DNA from: Sminthopsis crassicaudata
Taxonomy: Eukaryota
DNA: 64,000 nucleotides
Direction of reading: 5' to 3'
Assembly (NCBI RefSeq): GCF_048593235.1
Contig: NC_133619.1
Location: forward strand, 597,859,963 to 597,923,962
In this document: piece by piece, positions 1 through 12,799 of the stretch
Numbering within the stretch: the stretch's first letter is position 1
Layout of the letters: every line of letters starts with the position of its first letter
Position numbers and translations under genes: made by a program
The notes under the pieces: generated by a model
Told to the model about the DNA's origin: nothing
The model's database searches: none
The model's input: the letters and a program-made list of their open reading frames with translations, nothing else

Positions 1-800
1 TATTTTAACTCATTGCTAATGGAATTGTGAATTCTGGAAACTAAAGTGGAATAATGTTAAAAAATTTATTAAATTATATATAATCTTTGACTCAGAAATA
101 TGGCTATTAGTCCTCAACCCTAGAGAGATCAAAGAAAAAGAATAAATATGCAAATATGTACAAATATATTTATAGAAATTCTTTTTCATGGTGACAAAGA
201 GTTGGAAACCGAGAGTGCCTATCAATTGGGGAATGACTGGATAAGTTATGGTAGTTATGAAGTGGATGGAATGCTGTTGTTATGCTTTACAAAATGATAA
301 AGGGTATGATTTAAGGAAAAACCTGAGAAAACTTAAATGAACTGGTATAAAATGAAGTGAGCAGAATCAGGAGCAAAATTTATACAATAACAACAGCACT
401 ATAATGATAAATAACTTTGAAAATGTTAGCTGTAATATAATAACCCAAGACAATCCCAACAATCATGATACAAAATGCTATCTACCTCCAGAGAAAGACC
501 TGATAGTATCTTAATATAGACTGAAACATACCATTTTCACTTTCTTTTCTTTGTTATTTTCCTTTGGTTCAAGTTCCACAAATGATTAATATGGATTTCC
601 ATATTTTACATGATTGTATGAATATCAGATTGCTTATTGTCTCAGAGGTGAGGAAGAGAAAGAGGGGAGCATAGATTTTGGGACTCAGAACTTTGAAAAC
701 CTAATATTAAGCCTGTTTTTACATGTAATTGAAAGAAAAAACAATTTAAGAAAGATTTAGAAACTTTTATCAACACAATGGCTAACAACAATTCCAGATG
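1..800 (+). mobile_element. L1 3' fragment (ORF2 C-terminal region and 3' UTR), degenerate
   Basis: Resembles the L1 3' ends at 6350-7270 and 36590-37170 (tcaattggggaatgactggataagttatgg; cagattgctt..gggaggaagag tail). Boundaries approximate. Confidence 0.65.
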
Positions 801-1279
801 ATTACACATATCTATATATGTAATGGGTCTTATTTTTGTTGCTTTCTCAGTGTAAATAAGGGAAAGGTGAGAAAAAAGAATCATAGCTGAAAATTGAAAA
901 AGTGAATTTAATAAAAGAATACAGAGAACAGAACCAAGATGGCTAAGTAAGGTGAATTCTCCCAGCATTCCAAACAATATTAAAATAATGCCTTAAATAC
1001 AATTTTGGAGTTGCAGAACCAACAAAAAGTGAAAAGGAAACATTTTTTCCAGTCTAAAACAACTTAGCAGAACTGCAGAAGAGGTCTTTAACACAAATGT
1101 GGATACAGACTCAGACCTTAGAAGGAGCAACACTCCAGTGGGCCTTGGAAGTAGCCATGACAGCAGCAGCTTCTTGGGAAGCTCTCAGTCAAGAGAAATC
1201 AAGGAGGCCAATCAACTGATCAGAAGATATTACAGAAGCATCTTTGCCAGCAAAAAATTAAAAAAAAAAATACATTTCT

Positions 1280-1412
1280 GGGCAGCTAGGTGGCACAGTG
1301 GATAGAGCACCAGCCCTGAAATCAGGAAGATCTGAGTTCAAAAGTGAATTCAGACACTTAATACTTCCCAGCTGTGTAACCCTGGGCAAGTCACTTAACC
1401 CCAATTGCCTCA
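1280..1412 (+). mobile_element. WSINE1-type CORE-SINE
   Basis: gggcagctaggtggcacagtggatagagcaccagccctg head with Pol III A/B boxes (gagttcaaa) and core ctgggcaagtcacttaacc. Confidence 0.9.
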
Positions 1413-2328
1413 GGAGGGGGAAAGGAAGCTTCTTTGCTTGCATTGGTTGCATTGGAATGAATTAGGAACTCTATTGACTATAATAAATGTGGATTGAAGT
1501 TACTGGAAGGAAAGGAATATTGTGATTGGTTATGAGTGAGCACTGATTACAGTTCCAGAGCCAAGAGGAGCATTAGTACTTGTGACTGCAAGGGAGCAGG
1601 ATCCCTTCAAAGACCAGTGCACAGATGAGAAGAGTAGTGACCACAGCTTTCCCAGAATAATACTACATTGGAAGCTTTGAAAACTTGAAGCTCAGAATTA
1701 GCTCTGAAAACAGCAACACAAAAAGCCTGAGATTTGGCACAGTGTCTCCCTTTCCCCAAGAAAAACCTTAACAAAAAGTTCAAAGTGCAGAAATAGAGTA
1801 ATAAAAATGAGGGGGGAAAAAGAATTTGGCCATAAAAAGCTACTATAGTAGCAGGAATAACAATAACATAAACTTAGAAGAAGCTAACAATGTGGAAAGA
1901 ACTATGAGTGAAGCCTGAAAAAAAATTTCCAATTTAATCCAAGGCCAGTAAGAATTCCTGGAGGAAGAAAAATGGGGGAAGAAATAAGAGTGGTGCAAGA
2001 AAAAAGAATCAACAGTTTGGTAAAAGAGCCACACAAAAAGTACTGAAGAAAATACCTTTAAAAACAGAAAAGGCCTAATGGTAAAAGAGGCACAAAAATT
2101 TACTGAAGAACTATTTTTTAAAAATGGGCCTAATTGAAAAAAAAGTTTAAAAGTTCACTGAATTTCAATTCAAAAAAAGAAAATATTAAATATTTCATAA
2201 AGAGAATAATGTACACAGTAACAATAACATTATGTAATGATCAACTGTGATGGGCTTGGCTCTTCTCAACAATGTAGTGATTCAAAGCAATTCCAATAGA
2301 CTTGATAGTGAAAATGTCATCAATAGAG

Positions 2329-2467
2329 AGGCAGCTAGGGGGCGCAGTGGACAGAGCACCAGCCCTGAAGTCAGGAGGACTTGAGTTCAAATCTGTTCTC
2401 AGACACTTAACACTTCCTATCTGCGTGACCCTGGGCAAGTCACTTAACTGCCTCAACAAAAAAAGAA
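2329..2467 (+). mobile_element. WSINE1-type CORE-SINE
   Basis: Same head and core as the 1280 copy, with A tail. Confidence 0.9.
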
Positions 2468-2989
2468 AATGTTATCAATATCCAGAGAGAGAGCTATGGA
2501 GATTGAATGTGGATCAAAGTACAGCATTTTCACCTTTTCTTGTTTTTTTCTTTCTCATATTTTCCCCCTTTTGGTCTGATTTTTCTTGTACAACATGACA
2601 AATCTGTAAATACTTTTAAAGGGATTACACATATTTAACCTATATCAGATTGCTTGCTGATTTGGGGAGGGAGGAAGTAGAGAAGGAAAAGAGAAAATTT
2701 TGGAACACAAAGACTTATAAAAAATGAATATTGAAAACTACCTTTACATGTAAATAAAATACTATTGAGAAAAAAAACCCAATGAAAAAAATTAGAATCA
2801 GGCAACTAAAAGCTAATGACTCCATAAGACATCAATAAACAATTAAAGTCAAAAGAATAAAAAAGAATAAAATGTTGAATATTTCATTGTAATAACTCAC
2901 CTCAAAAATAGATCAAGGAGAGATAACTTAAAAATTATTGGATTGTCTGAAAGACATGAACAACAACAAAAAGAATCTAGATTTCATGT

Positions 2990-4060
2990 AAGTGTTTCCA
3001 GGATTTTCTGCAATCAGCCTGCTCATCATTTCAACAATATTCCATTGCATTCATGTACCATAACTTATTCAGCTGTTTCCCAACCAATGGCCATCCATTC
3101 AGTTTCCAATTCTTTGCCACTACAAACAGAGCTGCTACAAACTTTTTTGTGAGTCCTTTTCCCTCTTTTATGATCTCTTTGGGATACAGATCCAGTAGAG
3201 ACTCTGCTGGATCAAAAGGTATGAATAGTTTGATAGATGATAGACATAGTTCCAAATTGCTCTCCAGAATGGTTAGATCATTTCACAACTCCACCAACAA
3301 TACAACAGTATCTTACTTTTCCCACATCCCCTTCAACATTCTTCATGATCTTTTCCTGTCATCTTAGCCCAATCTCTGAAGTATAAAGTGGTACCTTAGA
3401 GTTGTCTTAATTTGCATTTCTCTAATCAATAAGGATTCAGAACATTTTTTCATATGACTAGAAATGGCTTTAATTTCTTCATCTGAAAATTTTCTGTAAA
3501 TATTCTTTGACCATTGATCAATTGGGAAATGGCTTATATTCTTATAAATCTGAATCAATTCACTATATATTTTAGAAATGAGGCCTTTATCAGAAACACT
3601 GGCTGTAAAAAATTTCCCCCTCCAGATTTCTGCTTCTCTGCTAATCTTGGATGTATTTGTTTTGTTTGTGCAAAAAATTTTATAATTCAATGTAACCAAA
3701 AATATCCATTTTGCCTTTCATAATGTTTTCTAGTTTTTCTTTGGCCAAAAATCCCTCTCTTCTCCACAGATCTGGGAGGTAGATTGTTTTCTTAATTTGC
3801 TTATAATATCACGTCTAAGTCATGAACCCATTTCAACCTTATCTTGGTATAAAGTATTAGATATTGGTCAATGCCTAGTTTCTGCCCTACTATTTTACAG
3901 TTTTTCCCAATAATTTTTGTCAAATAGTGAATTCTTATCCCAGAAGCTGCAATCTTTTAGTTTATGAAATACTAGACTACTATAGTTATTGACTATTGTG
4001 TCTTATGAACTTCACCTATTCCACTAAACCACTACTCTGTTTCTTAGCCAGTACCAAATG
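2990..4060 (-). mobile_element. L1 ORF2 C-terminal fragment, antisense insertion
   Basis: ORF 3364-3699 gives FTASVSDKGLISKIY...MKKCSESLLIREMQIKTTLRYH; ORF 3031-3255 gives FDPAESLLDLYPKEI...FVAALFVVAKNWK. Both are typical L1 ORF2 C-terminus. Confidence 0.9.
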
Positions 4061-5454
4061 GTTTTAATGACCGCTGATATTTTAGAACCAGAGGGTGAGA
4101 TAGAAATGGAAAGAATACACTGGTCACCTCTTGAAAAGATCTCAAAATGAAAACTCTTAATAATAGTATAGCCAAATTATGAAGCTGCCAGAAAAAGAAG
4201 AAAATATTGCATGCAGCCAGAAATAAACAATTCAAATAGTGTGTAGCCTCAGTCAGAATAACCTAAACTTTAGCAGCTTCCATGTGGAGGACTTCAAATA
4301 TGATATTCCAGCAGGCAAGTGAGCTGGGGTTACAACCAAAAATTGCCTATCCAGCAAAATTGAATATAATCCTTTGACTGGAAAATGGATATTTAATGAA
4401 GTAGAGGACTTATAAGCATTTTTGATAAAAAGACCAGAACTGAATAGAACATTTGAAATTCAAACAGAAGACTCAAGAGAAGCATAAAAAGGAAAACATG
4501 AAAGAATAATCATAATGGACTCAATAAAGTTAAATTTTTTGCATTCTTATATAAGAGGAGGATATATGTATGTATAATTCCAAAGAACTTTCTTATTATT
4601 AAGGCAGTTAGGACTTATATAGACAGAGGGCAAAAGTGTGAGTTTATTATGTTTGAATTATCTTCAAAAACAGAATGTAGGGATGAGAAAGAAGGATGGA
4701 GAAGGGGGAAGGAGGAAAAAAGAAAGGAGTATTAAAGTAGAATACATTTTCTCACAGAAAAGAGGTTTGCAATGAAGAGCTTTTGTAGTGGAGAGAGACA
4801 TGAGTGAGTGGCAAATAATGCTTGAATTCATTAGAATTGTTTCAAAGAGAGAAGAATGCATACTATGTGTATGCATGGATGTTTTATGTTTGTGTATACA
4901 CTTATGTATATTGCTTGTACATGTATATGTGTGTATGTATGTATATGTAGACATATATATGCACATATATAAAAGTACTCAACAATCTATCTTACCCAAT
5001 AGGAAAATAGGAGGGGAAGGGTGAATTGGGGGAGGTAGTGATTGGAAGCAAGACAGACTTTTGAGGAGGGACAGGATAAAAAGAGGAGACAGATAAACAG
5101 AGGAAATGGGATGGAGGGAAATATGATCTTAACCATGAATGAGAATAGGATGAGCTAACCCATAAATTGGAAGGGAATAGCAGAATGACTTAGAAACCAG
5201 AATCCAGTAATATGTTGTACACAAGAGACACACTTGGGGCAGAAAGACACACACATTTCCACAAAATTGAAATGAAAGCCTGGAGCTGTCTATTCTTTAA
5301 TTGAAATGAAAAAGGTGAGGATTAGGGTAGCAATCACCATCTCAGATAAATTCAAAGCAAAAATAGATCTAATTGAAAGAGATAAGCAAGGAAACTACAT
5401 TTTTCTAAAAGGTACCATAAACAATGAAATATCAAAAAAATTAAAGCATGTTTC

Positions 5455-5930
5455 TGTAGAGAGCTACACATAGTGGGGGGAGCTCTGGGTGAGGTATAAG
5501 ACCCTTCAGCCCAGAGGGAACCTGCTGACACTGTCTGATGTGGCTCCTCATCTCCCCATGAGGCATCTTACCCTTCAGGGTAAATCAAGGAGTAGGGTGT
5601 GACCACCTGTGTTCTACTTGTAGCAAGGGATACTTACAATAAAGCAATAGCAGGGTGCTTTTAGTTAATACTTGTGTGCTGTGGTGATGTAATGATTCTA
5701 TAGTTGGCATATGCTCAATGTGTCATAGTAATGTAATCGTGCTGAGGTATTTAGGGGCTGAGAGGACTTGAAATAAATGGACTCCATCTTTGACCATCCT
5801 CGTGGGTCCCCTGCTTTATCACTCTTCCACTGAGACCAAGGACTTGGGCTAGTCCTGAGATCCTCCAGAAAGCTAACCCAGATGGTATATTTTGGCACCC
5901 CACTGTGGGGGCTCTAGAACGCATACTACA
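5455..5930 (+). mobile_element. Solo LTR (ERV) inserted in L1
   Basis: TGTAG...CTACA termini; 6-bp TSD tgtttc at 5449-5454 and 5931-5936; internal aaataaa. Confidence 0.88.
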
Positions 5931-5969
5931 TGTTTCTCTGATAAAAGTCTTATTTCCCTAATATATAAG

Positions 5970-5971
<2 letters not shown>

Positions 5972-6006
<35 letters not shown>
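5972..6006. repeat. (TA)n microsatellite
   Basis: Direct reading. Confidence 0.95.
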
Positions 6007-6009
<3 letters not shown>

Positions 6010-8259
6010 AAGCACTTTTTCTCAATTGACAAATGGTTAAAGAACATAAACAGCAAATTTTTAGAAGAAATCAAAGCTATACATCATCATATGAAAACAT
6101 GGACTACTAATTAGAGGACTATTGATTAGAGAAAGGCAAATTGACAGCTCTATAAAACTTCACAAGCATCAAAAATGAAAAAATGCTCATTGATATGAGG
6201 ATATGAGGGAAAACAGGTACATTAATGAACTATTGGTGTAGTGAACTAGTCCAACCACTCTGAAAAACAATATGGAGCTACCCACAAAGGGCTTTGATAC
6301 AAAAATACTACTGCTAGCTCTGTATCCCAAAGAGTTTTACAAAAGGGGAAAGGATCTATATGTACAAAAATATCTATAGCTGCTCTTTTTGTAGTGACAA
6401 AGAAAGCCTGGAGCTGTCTATTCTTTAAAAAACTGAGAGAATGTCTATCAGATTAGGAATAACCAAACAGGTTGTTCATATGGCATATTTTTGTGATGTA
6501 GTAGAATTGTTCTATAAGAAATGACAAAGGATTTGGAACTATGCCCAAAGGGCTATAAAACTGTGCATAGCCTTTGATCCAGCAGGGTCTCTCCTGGGCT
6601 TGTATCCCAAAGAGATCTTAAAGAAGGGAAAGGGACTCACATGTGCAAAAATATTTGTGGCAGCCCTTTTTGTAGTGGCAGAAACTGGAAACTGAATGGA
6701 TGCCCATCATTTGGAGAATGGCTGAATAAGTTATGGCATATGAATTTATGGAATATTATTGTTCTATAAGAAATGATCAGCAGGATCCTGGAGAGACTTA
6801 GATGCTAAGTGAACTGAGCAGAACCAGGAGATTATTGAACATGGCAACAACAAAATTATAGAATCATCAATTCTGATAGGTGTGGCTCTTTTCAACAATG
6901 AGATGATCAAGGAATGCTCCAATGATCTTGAAGAGAGCCATCTACACCCAGAGAGAGGACTGTGGGAACTGAGTGTGGATCACAATATGACATTTTCAAT
7001 CTTTTTGTTGTTTATTTGCATTTTATTTTCTTTCTCATTTTTTCCTTTTTCCTTTGATTTTTCTTGTGTAGCAAGATTATTGTATGAATATATGTTCATA
7101 TATTGAATTTAACATATATTGAATTTCTTGCCATCTAGGGGAGGGGATGAGGGCAAGGGGGGGAATTGAAACACAAGGTTTTGCAAGAGTTAATGTTAAA
7201 AATTATTCATGCATATCTTTTCAAAATTAAAAAGCTTTAATAAAAAAATAAAGTTCTTAAGAGAGAAAAAAAATTACAAAGGAGAGTAGTTTCAGGGAAA
7301 AAAGCTGCAAACAAATGAAGGAAGATCTATGTGAACTGATGCAAAGTGAAGCGACAAGGACTAGGAGATAAATGTTACAATAACAGCAATGTTTTAATGA
7401 TAATCAATGTTGCTCTGATCCAAGATTATTCCAAAGCACTCATAATAAAAAAAAAAAATCTATTCAACTCCAGAGAGAGAACTGATGAACTCTGAGTACA
7501 AATTGAAATATTTTATTTTTCTTTGTCTTTTTTGCAATATGGCTAATATGGAAATGTTTTGCAAAATTTCACATGTATAATTGATATATTGTTTATCTTG
7601 TCAGTGGGTGGAGACTGGATAAGAAGGGAAGGAGAGAATCTAGAACTCAAAATTTAAAAAGTTAAAAATCAATGTAAAAAGATATTAAAGTGGTAAAATG
7701 ACAAAAACTCATCTATTTTGTGATTAGCATGATGGACAAAATGGGTTAGGGTTAGAGTTAAGAGTAGGGATAGTCTTCTTGGCCAACTGTATCCCATAAA
7801 TTCAAATTTATGGAGTTTTGATCTATGATAACATTGGCCAAATAGTGACTAATAAAAGAAATTCTTTGGTTATCATCAGTAGTGTTACCTATAGTACATC
7901 TCTTACCATGATAACACATGATAATTTACAACACATGATATGCATTTCCTTTTTGATTTTTCTTGTGCAGCAAGATTATTGTATAAATATATGTGCATAT
8001 ATTAAATTTAACATATATTGGATTATTTGCTATCTAGGGGAGGGGATGAGGGCAAGAAGGGGAATTGGAACCAATTGGAACCATTAAAGTGGTTCGGTGG
8101 GCTGGCCTCGGAAGGTGAGAACTAACTAGATTGAACAGAAAGGGTACTTCATACAGGGAACTGCTCAGGAATGGTGGGAAGTGGGGTATTGAGAAGGAAA
8201 GAAAAAAAAGGAGGGAAGGAAAGAGGGAAGATTAATCTATTTTCCAGATCAGTTGTTTT

Positions 8260-9530
8260 TCCAATAAGATATTTCACATTTTCTTCTATTCATTCATTCT
8301 TGATATCTTGTGGAGACATGCTCAATTCTAATTTTTAGGAAATTATTTTCAGCAGCAGGTTTTTGTACCTCTTTTTCCATTTGGCCAGTTCTACTTTTTA
8401 TAGGAGTTTTCAGCGAATTGTTGCATATCTTTTCCCATCTGATCATTTCTGCCTTTCAAGGCATTTTCTCTTCAGTAAATTTTTGTCTCTCTTACCATTT
8501 GACCTATTCTGTTTAAGGTGTTATTTTCCTTTGAATTTTTTTCTGCTTCATTTGCCAAATTTCATGATTTTCTTGTATCACTATAATTTCTTTCATTTTT
8601 CTACTCTTGAATTTTATTTTATTTTATTTTATTTATTTTTTAGGCTGGGGTTAAGTGACTTGCCCAGGGTCACACAGCTAGCAAGTGTTAAGTGTCTGAG
8701 ACCAGATTTGAACTCGGATCCTCCTGAATTCAAGGCTGGTGCTCTATCCATTGCACCACCTAGCTGCCCCCTCTATGCTTGAATTTTTAAAAATTCCTTT
8801 TAGCTCTTTCAGGAATTCCTTTTTTGGGCCTGATAATTCATATTTTTTTCTGAAGCTTTGGATGTAGCACTTTAGACTTGTCTTTTGAGTTTGTGTTTTG
8901 ATCTTTTTTGTGACCCATGCTAATTTTCTTTGGTCAGAATCTTTAGTTGTTCATTTTTGTATCTATTTTTTAACTTTTATTAGCTTTATATGAGAACTGG
9001 GTTCTGCTCCTCGGATGGAGGAGGCACTGCCCCAAGCTTTAAGGTTTTTTGTATAGCTAATCTTTCAGTTCTTATAAAGGATATGTATGTTTGCCATTCT
9101 CCTGGCCTGTGCTCTGCTCTGACTCTACTCTACTGGGACCATAAACTATGTGTGATAGTGCTCCTCCTTGTCCTGGGCTGTGACAAAGGACTGTGAGCCA
9201 AATCTGAAGATGGGTAGTTAGAGTCCTGCACCCAGTGCCAGCCAAGGGAACCCTGTAATTTCCTTCTCAACAGTCGTCTGACTTCCTTACCCTCTGTGAG
9301 CTGATAGTTCTTGAAGCACTGATTCAGTTGCCCCTGAGGCCTACAATGGCATCTCAGCCAGCTATAATAGACCTTTCCTGACAACCTTCTAAGCTCTCTT
9401 GAGCTGAAAAATTGTTTCACCAATTCTGACACTCCAGATTTGTTCTGAAGCATTATTTAAAGTTGTTGGGGGGGGGGGAATTTGGGAGAGCTCAGGAGAA
9501 TTCCTGTCTTTTCTCTGCCATCTTGGCTTT
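8260..9530 (-). mobile_element. L1 5'UTR/ORF1 fragment
   Basis: Reverse complement begins gccaagatggcagagaaaagac near 9530; ORF1-like AT-rich segment at 8260-8900. Confidence 0.65.
8636..8770 (-). mobile_element. WSINE1-type CORE-SINE
   Basis: Reverse complement of the SINE consensus, ending cacctagctgcccc. Confidence 0.9.
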
Positions 9531-10089
9531 AACTTCAAGGCCTCGGTTTTATTTTATATCAAATTAGATTTGTGACAAGGGACAAGTCATTTAGATTCTC
9601 TAAGAAGTCAGTTTTCTCAACTGTATAATTATGGTAAAAGCAAAGGGTTCTTGTGAGTAAATGAGATTGAATAAAATAAGTGTATTTGTTAGCCTCAAGG
9701 TGCTATATACATGGGACATATTACTATTAGCATTGTATAGTGCATAGAAGTCAGGAAGATTTGAATTCAAATCTCACCTGAGTGCTCTGGGGAACTGAGG
9801 TTCTAAAATGAGAAGGCATTGAGTTGCATTGGGAAAGGGAAATCTTTACTAGAATCTATCCTGATGAAATTCAGGTCCAATAAATATATACATATATTTA
9901 CATATACTCAGGTGTTTATGTATATATACACCTACATATATGTTTGCTTGGTTGACTACTTTGATCTTTGCATAGACAGTTACTATTTAAAATGTTTCCA
10001 ACATAGTTTGGGCTCTGTTGGCATTGTTTTCAAGAACCTTTGGTTACCTTCAAGCTAAGATGAAACAGATGACAGTCATAGAGGGAACA

Positions 10090-10270
10090 ACAAACAAAAG
10101 TCTCTTGATTCAGCTCATGCTAGCCAGCTAGTATCTTTAAGGAATCTCATTTCTATTGTTCAGTATATCATCACTCCCATGCCTAACCTTCCAATTCAGA
10201 GTATTTTGCCATCACTTAAGTCAATGACTAAAATGTTGAATGACATAAGTCCAAAGACAATTCCCAAGCT
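10090..10270 (-). mobile_element. L3/CR1 RT fragment
   Basis: Reverse strand encodes a degenerate GxxFGxxxFNIxxxDL-type CR1 RT motif. Confidence 0.45.
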
Positions 10271-11427
10271 CGCTCCATGGCGTAGTAGAATCCTACATTT
10301 AGAGTTAGATCAGGGTTCAAATCCTTTTTTTCTATTATAACTTACTATATGATGTTGGGCAAATCTCCTAATCCTGTAACCCCTTAGGCCTGGAATTTTG
10401 GAGGGAGTTGGGTGACACCTAATTTCCCTTCCAGTTCTAAATCTGTGATCCTATGATATACTAGCAGTCTTTCTATAGGAGTTATGAACTCATTGATGAA
10501 CCTCTCTTGGGGTCCAGAAGAGCTCATTCCAAGCCTATCTCACAACTCATCTCTCTCCAGCCTGGCTGCAAGACAGACTTTGTCCTATCGTTTGTCTTTT
10601 TCCTCCATGAGCCTCTTTAGGGATTGTGTTTTCTTCATCTTGGCCTCCTTAGCTCTGAGAATATTAGAAAATATTCAGTGAATGGGATGGCATGAAATAG
10701 AAACTAGATCTACTTTTGATTCACGGGAGTCACACTTCTTCTTCAAAGTCCTCTCGAGAGGAGAGAAAGGGTACCATTACTCAGGCTTCTAGGTGACTGT
10801 TTATTGTGCTCCTACCAGAGACAGAAAAACAAGAAATGATCCCATTGCTTTCCAAGTTGCAGCTGGAGCCAGTGGCAGGAGGTTGAGGGAGAAAATGGAG
10901 TAGGAATAATTGTGTTGTGTTGAGCCACAAACTCCCAAGACAGACCAAGAGTGGTAGATTACATGCACTATGCCTCGGAAAAAAGATTTCATGATGCAAA
11001 AATGATTTGTTATGTTCTCTGACTTTTATCAAAGTCATTTCCCTTTCCTTGGTCTCTTTAAAATTTTAAAATTTGAAGTTGGTTCTTTGACCCAGAGGTT
11101 CTTATAGGTATATTAGGTATATAACCCAGAGACAAAAAAGAAAATCCCCATATGTATTAAAATATGCAGCACTGTAGTTGAAAAATTAGAAAACAAAGTG
11201 CTCACTGATTAGAATTAGCTAAATTATAGTACATATAGAATATTGTAATACCGTAAGAAATGACAAATATGAATTCTGAGAATAGAGATTTATGTGAATT
11301 TATGAGATCAAGTTTTGCTTAAGAATCGTATTTTAATATGCATAATGACAACAAAAAATTAAATGGAAAGAACATTGATCTGAACACTGAAGAAAATTAC
11401 TACTACTTTGATTCATAGAGCTCATAG

Positions 11428-11547
11428 AACTCAGGAAGAACCGAGTTCAAATCTAGCCTCAGACACTTAATACTTCCTAGCTGTGTGACCCTGGGCAAGT
11501 CACTTAACCATAATTGCCTCAGCAAAAAAAAAAAAAAAAAAAAAAAT
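11428..11547 (+). mobile_element. 5'-truncated WSINE1-type SINE with poly(A)
   Basis: B box, core and A tail; flanked by the direct repeat aaaattac..tactttgattc. Confidence 0.88.
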
Positions 11548-11665
11548 TACTACTTTGATTCTAAAGTTGCTTTTCTATGTCCTTGAGTTCAGCAATTTCT
11601 ATTTCCTTCTGAATTAAAGTTATCTTTCTTACCAGTAGCCCCAGGGATAACCTCCAGGATATGTT

Positions 11666-12140
11666 TGTTATCTTTAAGACCTACAAGTGGATACTATTCC
11701 TCAAAAGATTTTGTCTGTCCTTGCCTGTCCTTGTACAATTAAAGGAGTTTTTAATCACTTCAAGAAGACAGCAAATGTGGTAATTTTCATCCCCTAACAA
11801 AGATTACAAGATGCAAATGGATCCCATAAAACAATTAAAATTTCTTAATTGTCAGAGAGAGGTGGTAATTAACCTCACAAGAATGCCAACCTACCTTTCT
11901 TGGTATAATCAATCATGATCTTCCTGCCCAAGCCTGACAACCTATTACTTTTTCTCCACATCTACCAAGACCCCTTTTTTGTTCTGTGTCAATATAAGAG
12001 GACCCTCTCAATGGGGTTTCTGGCTTTACTGAGGTTGCCAATCTGACCCACTTTATCAGCATAAACATTACTGTTAATAAACTGATTTTGCTTGGGGCGC
12101 TGTACCTCAGTTTACCATTATTAATTTTATTTGCCATAAC
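11666..12140 (+). mobile_element. Probable solo LTR
   Basis: TGTTAT start and ATAAC(t) end; TATAA at 11993-11997; AATAAA at 12076-12081 followed by a U5-like segment. No clean TSD seen. Confidence 0.45.
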
Positions 12141-12722
12141 TGCACAATTATGACGATCAGCTTTGGCCCTGGAGATCAGATAATTTAATGTACTTTTCTT
12201 CAGTGGAGAAACAAAGGGTTATTCCTGTGAAATATGCATGTGAAATTGCCTCCCCTTTCCTCGAAATCACTTCCAATTTATCCTATTTATAGCTTATTTC
12301 TATATAGTTGTTTGCATGTTTTCTCCCCCACTAATCTATAAGCTCTTTGAGAATAGAGATTATTTTTTGCCTTTCTTTGTATCTCTAGGACTCAGTGAAG
12401 GGCCTAGTACATACCAGGCACTTAGTAAATGCTTGTTGAATTGTATATGAGGCTGAACAAGGTTGATGCATTGGTTGGCTCTGCTGAGTGGATATATTTC
12501 TTTAAAAAAATCTTTGTTATGAGGGAAGTCTTGCTGGGTAGGAAGGTAGGGAAGAAATCTGTTGGGAAATGGATGTAGTATATAAACAAAAGATACTAAT
12601 AAAGCTTTTAAGCATCAACTTAATCTTGGGATGGGCCCTGGTATCCTCTGAACTCCCCTGTGGCTCCATGACTCTGAGACTAAATGTGGCAGTGCTAATA
12701 AAGGGTTGAGGCAGCTATGGCC

Positions 12723-12799
12723 TTATACACTGGAATCCAGGATATATATGGCCTGTGGGTGCTGCCGGCTTCTGAATTGGTGTCCATGGCCCCTCCTAC
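12723..12799 (-). CDS. CLDN16-like exon 5 (cytoplasmic tail, PDZ motif SSV)
   Basis: ctctgctctgctccacag|GTAGG...GTA TAA; alternative in-phase acceptor at 12859. Confidence 0.75.

Larger units (their letters stand above)
931..7270 (+). mobile_element. Old composite L1 (5'UTR, ORF1, endonuclease start, ORF2 C-terminus, 3'UTR) with nested SINE, L1 and LTR insertions
   Basis: 5' end gaaccaagatggc at 931 matches the L1 start near 34080. ORF1-like segments at ~1750-2200, 2790-2990 and 4075-4500; endonuclease-like ICCxQETH coding near 5200-5235; SDKxLI-type C-terminus from 5937; A-rich tail ~7240-7270. Confidence 0.7.

Noticed and set aside
1280-1412. tRNA gene calls at SINE heads
   Set aside because: tRNA-derived SINE heads continuing into the CORE domain; no cloverleaf 3' half
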